Positions 9,503 through 16,478 of a DNA stretch of 52,592 bases are shown here, in pieces. Both the position numbers and the translations under genes were made by a program. Location: the NCBI GenBank assembly GCA_009779675.1, contig WRDS01000002.1:1-52592 (forward strand). The letters are read 5' to 3'. A model generated the notes under the pieces. The model was not told the origin of the DNA and made no database searches. It saw nothing but the letters and a program-made list of their open reading frames with translations. Position 1 is the stretch's first letter. Each line of letters opens with the position of its first letter. This DNA comes from Coriobacteriia bacterium (GTDB taxonomy: Bacteria > Actinomycetota > Coriobacteriia > Anaerosomatales > PHET01).

Positions 9503-10053
9503 TGAGGGGAGCGCCTGTGCTGGTCTGGGCGATCATAGGGATAGGAACGGCGCTTGTTATTGCCGCAGTTGTTACCCTTGCAATAATACTCTGGCAGGCA
9601 TACGAGCGTAGAATGCTCTTGCACCTTTTGGTAAGCACCGAGGCGGTAGAAGCCGCTGGGCAGGCACTTGCTGATGCGGTCGAGACGATGTCATCTGCTG
9701 CACCCGAGGATATTGCTGTGTTTGCCGAGGATCCGACTTCGGTCGACCGCCGCGTTGTGGAGGAGGTGCATAGCCGCGCCTTTATTCTCGCAGACGAACT
9801 AGACAACATCCCATTGCCAAGCAGGCTGATTCCCGTTGCTGAAGCGCTTTCCGACGCGGCTGTCACCGTGCGCGACCAGGCCGGTCGGATATATGAAGGC
9901 GAGACCGGCTCAACAGTCCTCGATAAATTCTTTGACACTGATATGGACCTTGTTCACGCATATCTTCACAGAGCGCGTACACTTATTGGAAGAACTTGCG
10001 AGGCCTATGGGCTTGCTGACACTGCTGTCTACGGTGGAGGGTTGTATCTGTGA
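9502..10053 (+). CDS. Hypothetical N-terminally membrane-anchored helical protein
   Basis: GTG shares one nucleotide with the paaK stop (TAGTG). One TM helix VLVWAIIGIGTALVIAAVVTLAIILW. No motif recognised. Confidence 0.6.
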   Translation: MRGAPVLVWAIIGIGTALVIAAVVTLAIILWQAYERRMLLHLLVSTEAVEAAGQALADAVETMSSAAPEDIAVFAEDPTSVDRRVVEEVHSRAFILADELDNIPLPSRLIPVAEALSDAAVTVRDQAGRIYEGETGSTVLDKFFDTDMDLVHAYLHRARTLIGRTCEAYGLADTAVYGGGLYL

Positions 10054-10514
10054 ATATCACGCCCCTAAATACTGCAAAAGCTGCTGCTGGCATTGTGATT
10101 ATGGCGGTAGTACTGATAGTCGTTATAGGCTGGTATGGCGACTATAAGATCGGGCAGGCGCAGCTCAAACAAAAGAACGCGGCAAACCAGACTGCCGAGA
10201 CCGGTCAAGAGGACAGTAATACGTCGACAGATGAGTCCGCACAACAGTCGAATCCAGGCGATGAGCAGCCGGCCGATGAAAGCGCTGATGCCGGGGACAA
10301 CCCGTCCGATACGGGAAAGACGGTGATCGTGCTTGCCGAAGGACTGAGCCTACGAGAAGCGGCTCAGCGTAACGCGAAGGTCATCAAGCGGCTCAAGAAA
10401 GGCGATGAGCTCAGCCTGATCTCGGAAAAATCCGGCTGGTATGAGGTTGATGCTGGTGGTGGGGTCAAAGGCTGGGTTACTGCCGGGTCGCAGTACTCCG
10501 CGATTCAACAGTGA
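10050..10514 (+). CDS. Membrane-anchored protein with acidic disordered linker and C-terminal bacterial SH3-like domain
   Basis: 4-nt overlap with the upstream gene. TM helix AAAGIVIMAVVLIVVIGWY. Linker rich in D, E, Q, S. C-terminal LSLREAAQRNAKVIKRLKKGDELSLISEKSGWYEVDAGGGVKGWV resembles SH3b. Confidence 0.65.
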   Translation: MNITPLNTAKAAAGIVIMAVVLIVVIGWYGDYKIGQAQLKQKNAANQTAETGQEDSNTSTDESAQQSNPGDEQPADESADAGDNPSDTGKTVIVLAEGLSLREAAQRNAKVIKRLKKGDELSLISEKSGWYEVDAGGGVKGWVTAGSQYSAIQQ

Positions 10515-10816
10515 GCCTTGGGATGGGCATCATTGGTCCGGCAAATGAGTTCTGGCGTTTGCGCATTGTGAAAGTCGATACTGCAGACGAGTTCGATTTC
10601 GATTGGCATCCTGACATCCTCTTCCGAGAGCCGCCTGAGAAGGCTGCCGTAGAGACCGAGTTGTTTTTTGTTGAAGCTGTTTCTATGGACGACTCAAATC
10701 GTGTGGAGCGCCTTGGGTCATTCTCGGATAAGGCCGAGGCAGAGGAGTGCCTCGCTGATATGAATGACGATCTTATCTGCATGACCCGCTCCCAATTCGA
10801 GGAAGCTCATTTCTAA
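10511..10816 (+). CDS. Hypothetical small acidic cytoplasmic protein
   Basis: GTGA overlap with the upstream gene. 101 aa with no recognisable motif. Confidence 0.5.
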   Translation: MSLGMGIIGPANEFWRLRIVKVDTADEFDFDWHPDILFREPPEKAAVETELFFVEAVSMDDSNRVERLGSFSDKAEAEECLADMNDDLICMTRSQFEEAHF

Positions 10817-10825
10817 GTTCTAAGG

Positions 10826-10892
10826 ACAACCGTTCTCTAGAGACAACCGTTCCTGTCAAGCAAAGAACAACCGTTTTCCAGGAACGACCGTT
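10826..10892 (+). promoter_or_regulatory. Four direct repeats ACAACCGTT (last copy ACGACCGTT) upstream of arsM; candidate operator
   Basis: Copies at 10826-10834, 10843-10851, 10867-10875 and 10884-10892. Spacings are 17, 24 and 17 bp. The last copy ends 19 nt before the arsM ATG. Confidence 0.5.
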
Positions 10893-10911
10893 TAGCGGGG
10901 AGGTACTCGGC

Positions 10912-11763
10912 ATGGATTGTGGATGCAGGGGTGGAAGCAGCGAGCTGACCGGAGAGCAGAAGGAACTCCTGAAAGAGGTGCAGGACCGCTACACCAGGGC
11001 TGCGCAGCAGATCATCGCGGCAGAGGCGATCGCAGCGCCAGAGGGGGCATCTTGTTGTTGTAGCTGTGGCGGTTCGAGCAGTGTGGGCAACGCGAGGGAA
11101 ACCTCATCATTTGCGGCATCTGACTCATTGGGCGCAAAACTCTACTCCCATGAGGACTCACCGGAAGTTTCCGCATTGCCAGAGACAGCCCTTTTGGCCT
11201 CGCTTGGATGTGGAAACCCTACCGCCGTTGCCGATCTTTGTGAGGGGGAGACGGTCTTAGATCTAGGCTCCGGTGGAGGAATAGATGTCCTTTTATCGGC
11301 AACCCGCGTCGGAAAAGACGGGTTTGCATACGGGCTTGATATGACCGATGAGATGCTTGGCCTTGCGCGCAAGAACGCAGAGGAGGCCGGTGCAACTAAT
11401 GTCGAGTTCCTTAAGGGGCAGATTGAAAGCATCCCTCTTCCAGAGCGCAGCGTAGATGTCGTGATCTCAAACTGTGTCATCAACTTAAGTGTCGACAAAC
11501 CAGCTGTATTTGCTGAGATGTCTCGGGTGCTCAAAGAGGGTGGACGTGTAAGCGTCAGTGATGTCGTGGCGAAAAACGAGCTTTCGGCAGCAGACCGGAT
11601 GGCCAGAGGCGACTATGCCGGTTGCATAGCTGGGGCGCTCTCATTTGAAGAGTACGAGAAAGGTCTCGTTGACGCTGGATTCGTAAACATTTGCATCACC
11701 CCGACGCACGAGGTCATTGACGGGATGTTTGCTGCAATTGTGAGGGCAGTAAAGGCCGGCTAG
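10912..11763 (+). CDS. arsM: Arsenite S-adenosylmethyltransferase-like class I SAM methyltransferase
   Basis: LASLGCGNPTAVADLCEGETVLDLGSGGGIDVLLSA, YGLDMTDEMLGLARKN, VISNCVINLSVDKPAVFAEMSRVLKEGGRVSVSD and YAGCIAGA match the ArsM/UbiE-like arsenic methyltransferase pattern. Confidence 0.8.
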   Translation: MDCGCRGGSSELTGEQKELLKEVQDRYTRAAQQIIAAEAIAAPEGASCCCSCGGSSSVGNARETSSFAASDSLGAKLYSHEDSPEVSALPETALLASLGCGNPTAVADLCEGETVLDLGSGGGIDVLLSATRVGKDGFAYGLDMTDEMLGLARKNAEEAGATNVEFLKGQIESIPLPERSVDVVISNCVINLSVDKPAVFAEMSRVLKEGGRVSVSDVVAKNELSAADRMARGDYAGCIAGALSFEEYEKGLVDAGFVNICITPTHEVIDGMFAAIVRAVKAG

Positions 11764-11940
11764 CAAAAATCGGTTAGCTAAGCGAGGTGCACATTGTGAA
11801 AGTAAAGGGCGAAGCGTTCTAAAATCATTAAGTTACATAAGATATATTATCATACATTTGTTTTGATTTGCTCCAATGAAACAGGGAATGAAGCAGGACA
11901 TCCTATCGAGCGCAATGGAATGCATCGGCTACGCAATCAC

Positions 11941-12387
11941 TCAGATGCCCGTGCTTCCAAACCCTCCCGTGCCCCTGACCGTTGAGTCCAACTCAGAGAC
12001 TTCTTTAACGGTGACGGATTGCACAGGCTGAATCACGAGCTGTGCAATCCGGTCACCATGTGCGATCTCTATAGGTGAGCTTGTGTCGAGGTTAATGGCA
12101 ATAACCTTGATCTCACCTCGGTAATGGCTGTCAATGAGCCCAGGTGAGTTTGCAAATCCAAGACCCTGTCGCAGCGCAAGCCCGCTTCTTGGTTGCACAA
12201 AACCGGCAAGCCCTTTTGGGATGGCAACTGCAACACCCGTGGGAATCAGCACACGTGCGCCAGGCGCAATACAAAATGAACCAGACGCATAAAGGTCAAG
12301 CCCAGCATCTCCCTCGTGCGCGTAGACCGGTAACGGTAATGTGGCATCAAGGCGTTTAACATGTATCTGCAACAGGTGACCCTTCAT
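11941..12387 (-). CDS. dut: dUTP diphosphatase
   Basis: AHEGDAGLDLYA, RSGLALRQGL, GLIDSHYRGEI, C-terminal RGTGGFGSTG. Confidence 0.93.
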   Translation of the reverse strand: MKGHLLQIHVKRLDATLPLPVYAHEGDAGLDLYASGSFCIAPGARVLIPTGVAVAIPKGLAGFVQPRSGLALRQGLGFANSPGLIDSHYRGEIKVIAINLDTSSPIEIAHGDRIAQLVIQPVQSVTVKEVSELDSTVRGTGGFGSTGI

Positions 12388-12453
12388 AGTTCCGTCTGCT
12401 GGTGGGCGCAGCTATTCTACTCAAATCCCATCCAGTGAGGTCAGCTGCTGTTC

Positions 12454-12762
12454 CTACCCCAGTGAATCTTTTAGGGCTTTTACCCTTTCGTTAATTGAGT
12501 TAATGTGTGCCTCATCCGTCATGCTCGGATCTTTCCAATCATAGAAAATCTGACAAGGAAGCTCGGTGCACTCAGCGCACGATTGATAGCCCTTCTTACT
12601 AACAGCGCAATCATACATAGGGCAGACTTCAAATCCAAAATCCTTTATGTAGAACGGTTTTCCCTCTGTGGCGCGGCACCCACCGCAGGTCTTGCACTCA
12701 TCACAAATTTCGAAATAACCTTCACAATCTACGCCGCATGGTGACAACAGCATTGGCAACAA
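12454..12762 (-). CDS. Cysteine-rich DUF3795-like protein
   Basis: CGVDCEGY...CDECKTCGGC...CPMYDC...CAEC...LPC pattern. Lower-GC segment. Confidence 0.6.
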   Translation of the reverse strand: MLPMLLSPCGVDCEGYFEICDECKTCGGCRATEGKPFYIKDFGFEVCPMYDCAVSKKGYQSCAECTELPCQIFYDWKDPSMTDEAHINSINERVKALKDSLG

Positions 12763-12929
12763 CCCCCTCGTTATAATCCGCTGTCATAATCGCTCGTACC
12801 TGTACTTGCTCGTACCGTATTTCATTTAACCGAAAATGTGCAGAGCCTGCTGTGCGTAGTACCCTGTGCTTCGCAATGCGGGCTTTTTATTCGCTTCCCG
12901 CATTCCCACTTTTCCTATTTGCTGTTTTC

Positions 12930-13376
12930 CTACTTGAGCCCCTTGAGTTCAGATGTGAACTCATCAAGATCTTGAAACTCTTTGTAGACCGATGCAAACC
13001 GGACATACGCGACTTTATCGAGGTCTTTAAGACGCTTTAATACCATGTCTCCGAGCTGACTACTGTCTACTTCAGTGCGAAACTCGTTGTATAGCTGTCT
13101 TTCGATGGCATCTATCAGTGACTCCAGCTGCTCAAGGTCGACATTACGTTTTACCGTTGCGACAAGGAGCCCACGTCTTAACTTGGAACGGTCAAAAGGC
13201 TCGGATACCCCATCTTTCTTGAGCACCATGAGCGGCATCTCTTCTCGTCGCTCATAGGTGGTAAAACGCTCTGTGCAACCCAGACATTCACGTCTTCTCC
13301 GGACCGCGTCCTGCGACTCGGAGGTGCGCGAGTCAACAACTTTTGTCTCTTCGTGACCGCAAAATGGACAGCGCAT
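12930..13376 (-). CDS. nrdR: Transcriptional repressor NrdR
   Basis: Zn ribbon MRCPFCGH...CLGC followed by an ATP-cone (KKDGVSEPFDRSKLRRGL...VAYVRFASVYKEF). Confidence 0.95.
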   Translation of the reverse strand: MRCPFCGHEETKVVDSRTSESQDAVRRRRECLGCTERFTTYERREEMPLMVLKKDGVSEPFDRSKLRRGLLVATVKRNVDLEQLESLIDAIERQLYNEFRTEVDSSQLGDMVLKRLKDLDKVAYVRFASVYKEFQDLDEFTSELKGLK

Positions 13377-13382
13377 CGCTCA

Positions 13383-13448
13383 CCCCTATATCTAGGATAA
13401 GCACAACGCTACCATACTAGATATAGGGGCTTCAACTATATGTAGTGT
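13383..13448. promoter_or_regulatory. NrdR-box-like palindromes upstream of nrdR
   Basis: Cores CTATATCTAG (13386-13395) and CTAGATATAG (13417-13426) have centres 31 bp apart. A third site is CAACTATATGTAGTGT (13433-13448). Compared with the published consensus acaCwAtATaTwGtgt. Confidence 0.5.
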
Positions 13449-13573
13449 CAGTATATCAACGACCCACTTACGGAGCATGGTATTAAGCCCGGTTGAATGA
13501 TCGGAGCGTTCTCTAAAAAAACATGCCCTACGGATAAAATTGATACGGATAAATGGACATGCCCAAACCGACA

Positions 13574-13807
13574 TTACAGGCCAAGCCCGCCATGGCCGCT
13601 CATCCATGTGGCCGTGAAAAGTGCCAGGAGGGCAATGGCGGCTATCAGAAATTCAATGCGTACTGTGTCAAAACGCACCGCTGTGAGCGAAACGTCCTTT
13701 TGTTGGGGACCGCTTTGCTTGGCGTACCTATGGTTGCCGTGTTTGCTGTGCCCACAGTATTTATAGCTGTTGTAGCAACCGTTTTGCCTGTTTCGACCCT
13801 TGTACAT
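13574..13807 (-). CDS. Small basic protein with C-terminal transmembrane helix; candidate SOS-regulated membrane protein
   Basis: RBS AGGGAGA lies 5 nt before the ATG at 13807. 77 aa: N-terminal half rich in K, R, H, Y, N, then IEFLIAAIALLALFTATWM. Divergent from lexA across the SOS-box region. Confidence 0.55.
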   Translation of the reverse strand: MYKGRNRQNGCYNSYKYCGHSKHGNHRYAKQSGPQQKDVSLTAVRFDTVRIEFLIAAIALLALFTATWMSGHGGLGL

Positions 13808-13874
13808 TAGTATCTCCCTGAATCGCGTTTGCCTGAGGTTAGCTCAGGGGTATGACATTCATCATGTGAGCTAT

Positions 13875-13942
13875 GAACACCTGTTCGTGTTCATTATGGG
13901 GAACAAGTGTTCGGTCTGCAATAGATAATCGAACATTTGTTT
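13875..13942. promoter_or_regulatory. Three LexA (SOS) boxes of GAAC-N4-GTTC type
   Basis: GAACACCTGTTC 13875-13886, GAACAAGTGTTC 13901-13912, GAACATTTGTTT 13931-13942. The third overlaps the putative lexA -35. Confidence 0.8.
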
Positions 13943-13969
13943 GTAAAAAAATCTAGCCAGGGTTACACT
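13941..13969 (+). promoter_or_regulatory. Putative lexA promoter
   Basis: TTGTAA (13941-13946), 17-nt spacer, TACACT (13964-13969). Confidence 0.4.
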
Positions 13970-14025
13970 GGCATACTGAAGCCCGAGTGCATCGAAGCCA
14001 GATGGCCAGATGGTTTGGAGATTCC

Positions 14026-14649
14026 ATGAGATACGAGCGAGGATTGTCTCGGCGCCAGGAGCAGATCCTTGATTTCATCCGTGCCGAGATACACCTGCGT
14101 GGCTATCCCCCCAGCGTGCGGGAGATCGGAGAGGCTGTCGGGCTGTCCTCCTCCTCCACCGTTCATGCTCACCTGTCAACACTGGAGGAAAAAGGCTTTT
14201 TGCGCAGAGATCCATCCAAGCCGAGGGCATTGGAGGTCTTAGATTTCCGCGATAACGATGCTGCAATCGATATGGGCAAGGTGCGTGCTATCCCCGTTGT
14301 CGGTCAGATCGCAGCCGGTGAGCCGATACTTGCTGCCGAGAACATCGAGCAGACAATCCCGCTCCCTGCTGAATTCTCCGGCGAGCAAACCTACATCCTT
14401 CGGGTACGTGGTGAGTCGATGATAGATGCCGGTATCTTTGATGGGGACTTTGTAGTGGTGCAACAGCAACAGACAGCGGTAAACGGCGATGTCGTTGTTG
14501 CAATGCTTGAAGATGAGGCGACGGTAAAGAGGTATTACCGAGAGGCCGACCGTATCAGACTTCAGCCTGAGAACTCGGCAATGGATCCTATCTATGCACG
14601 CGATGTCATGATCCTCGGCAAGGTCATTGCGCTTTTCAGGCGCTTGTGA
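14026..14649 (+). CDS. lexA: LexA repressor
   Basis: w[54 protein letters not shown]24 peptidase with GESMIDAGI (Ser) and ATVKRY (Lys). ATG 14026 follows GGAGA. The ORF is open from GTG 13987. Confidence 0.93.
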   Translation: MRYERGLSRRQEQILDFIRAEIHLRGYPPSVREIGEAVGLSSSSTVHAHLSTLEEKGFLRRDPSKPRALEVLDFRDNDAAIDMGKVRAIPVVGQIAAGEPILAAENIEQTIPLPAEFSGEQTYILRVRGESMIDAGIFDGDFVVVQQQQTAVNGDVVVAMLEDEATVKRYYREADRIRLQPENSAMDPIYARDVMILGKVIALFRRL

Positions 14650-14751
14650 CATCTGGAAAGATCCGGGTCTGTGATCTGGCCGTCAGCACCTCGACTGAGG
14701 CCGAGAGATTGAGCGTTTGAGACGCAGGTCGCAGCAGCTCGTCAGCGTGCT

Positions 14752-15471
14752 CTAATGCAACGTGAACTCGTTCTTCCGGTAGTCGATAAGCCCGTCTTGC
14801 CTCATGCGGGACAGCTCGTGCGAGAGCGCGCTCCGGTCTACACAGAGGAAAGCAGCTAATTCCTCGCGGTTTAAAGGAATGCTAATGGTTCTTCTCCCCT
14901 GCTTTATGGCGATGGATTTCAAGTAGGCCGAGACCTTCTTGCGCACGGTTTTTTGACTGATCACATCCATCCTGCCCTGTAGCAGGATGTTTTTTGTAGC
15001 GATCAGAAAAAGCATGTTCTCGATAAGCTGGGCGTGAAAAATGCAAGAGCTTGGGCAGGTATGCAGTATGCGCATGAACGCAGTCATTAGGACCAGTGTC
15101 TCACTGGTGGTCACAACGCTGACAGGGCTTTCCTTCACGCCTGCGCAGCAGAGTGCCTCGGCAAAGTAATCACCCTCAGAGAGCGTTTCAATGATGACCC
15201 GCTTGCCTTCCATGTTCTCTTGAATGACGTGTGCGCTGCCTTTTAGCAGGATGCCGATGTGCCTCGGCTCATTGCCCGCCATCAGGACAAAGCTGTTTTT
15301 GTCAAAGCGGATGACCTCCGCACCCAAACAAGACAGCATGGACAGGAGGTCTTTTTCCTCGATCCCGTCAAACAGCCTCACCGTTTTGAGCGCGTCATTT
15401 AGTGCGTCAACGTGTTTTGCCAGCGCGCAGCGATCCTGATGTGATCGTGCTTGGCGTGGCTGTGTGTGCAA
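14752..15471 (-). CDS. Crp/Fnr family transcriptional regulator
   Basis: cNMP-binding-like barrel (LFDGIEEKDLLSML...GDYFAEA) and C-terminal HTH REELAAFLCVDRSALSHELSRMRQDGLI. TTG 15471 is preceded by AAGGAGA. The longer ORF would run into the divergent gene. Confidence 0.85.
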   Translation of the reverse strand: MHTQPRQARSHQDRCALAKHVDALNDALKTVRLFDGIEEKDLLSMLSCLGAEVIRFDKNSFVLMAGNEPRHIGILLKGSAHVIQENMEGKRVIIETLSEGDYFAEALCCAGVKESPVSVVTTSETLVLMTAFMRILHTCPSSCIFHAQLIENMLFLIATKNILLQGRMDVISQKTVRKKVSAYLKSIAIKQGRRTISIPLNREELAAFLCVDRSALSHELSRMRQDGLIDYRKNEFTLH

Positions 15472-15562
15472 GAGCGCTCTCCTTGTCCTTTTAGTGCGTC
15501 GAGTGTGCTGGTACGTTCCCTCAAGGCCCTCTCCACTGGACTTCTTAGATCTTTTGTACAGT

Positions 15563-15582
15563 TTCGTGCTAATTACCACGAA
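15563..15582. promoter_or_regulatory. Palindrome TTCGTG-N8-CACGAA in the divergent Crp/ferredoxin intergenic region
   Basis: TTCGTGCTAATTACCACGAA. A second palindrome TTTTGATTCAAAA lies at 15604-15616. Confidence 0.4.
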
Positions 15583-15667
15583 CTTTTTAAACTCAGAATA
15601 GTATTTTGATTCAAAAACCTCAAAGCGTGCAACGCATGGCGCGAGGGACAACGGATGGAGGGAACAA

Positions 15668-16339
15668 ATGATCCGCAAGATCATTGTCATTGACGAGAAA
15701 AAGTGTAACGGCTGCGGTCTTTGTGTCGATGCTTGCCATGAAGGGGCTATCGGCATAATAGACGGGAAGGCCAGGCTGCTGCACGACGACTACTGCGACG
15801 GGCTGGGTGACTGTTTGCCGGTCTGCCCTACCGAAGCGATCACTTTCGAGGAGCGCGAGGCAGAAGCGTATGACGAGGAGGCGGTCAGGAAGAATATGGG
15901 GAAAAGTGCCTTGGCCGCAGATGTCTCGACCTCATCGGTCTCGGTGCCAGGTGCCTCGGTGGTGGCGGCAGCATCGCACCTTAACCGGTGGCCGATACAG
16001 ATTAAGTTGATGCCAGTAAGAGCGCCCTATTTCGATGGGGCAGACCTACTGGTGTCTGCCGACTGTGCTGCCTATACCTACGGGGCTTTCCACGGCAAGT
16101 TTATGCGTGACAAAGTGACGTTGATCGGGTGCCCAAAGCTTGATGAGGGAGATTACTCAGAAAAACTGACTGCCATTATGACCAACAACAACATTGCATC
16201 GGTGACCGTAGTGCGCATGGAGGTGCCCTGTTGCGGGGGGATTGAAAGTGCTGCGAGAAAAGCCCTGCAAAACAGCGGTAAGACGGTGCCTTTGCAGGTA
16301 GTGACGTTTTCCGTCACGGGAAAAATATTGCAGGGATGA
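15668..16339 (+). CDS. 4Fe-4S dicluster domain protein (ferredoxin-like N-terminus plus Cys-containing C-terminal domain)
   Basis: CNGCGLCVDACHEGAI and CDGLGDCLPVCP cluster motifs, C-terminal CPKL...VPCCGG. RBS GGAGGG. Confidence 0.85.
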   Translation: MIRKIIVIDEKKCNGCGLCVDACHEGAIGIIDGKARLLHDDYCDGLGDCLPVCPTEAITFEEREAEAYDEEAVRKNMGKSALAADVSTSSVSVPGASVVAAASHLNRWPIQIKLMPVRAPYFDGADLLVSADCAAYTYGAFHGKFMRDKVTLIGCPKLDEGDYSEKLTAIMTNNNIASVTVVRMEVPCCGGIESAARKALQNSGKTVPLQVVTFSVTGKILQG

Positions 16340-16478
16340 GAAGCACGCAAGAGGCATCCAGACCCATAGCGGCGTTCAGGCCCACAGGGCTATAGGATGC
16401 CCCCCAGGCTTGGAAACGCTCGGGCTTGTTCGGGCTTAGAGCCGCCGAGGGTCGTTCAAGCTTATTGGCTGTTCAGGC

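Noticed and set aside
11764-11940. AT-rich convergent spacer between arsM and dut as a possible ncRNA.
   Set aside because: No stable structure, promoter or conserved motif was recognisable by eye. Probably just terminator or spacer DNA.
13553-13810. Plus-strand 85-aa ORF overlapping the small SOS-associated ORF.
   Set aside because: It has no RBS and no promoter or SOS-box logic, because it would be read towards lexA from inside the nrdR upstream region. The minus-strand frame has a strong RBS and sits correctly behind the SOS boxes. This rests on signal quality only, so it is not definitive.
14752-15756. Full 334-aa version of the Crp/Fnr ORF.
   Set aside because: The N-terminal 95 aa have no cNMP-domain similarity and would overlap the divergent ferredoxin gene start. 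TTG 15471 with AAGGAGA gives a normal-length regulator.
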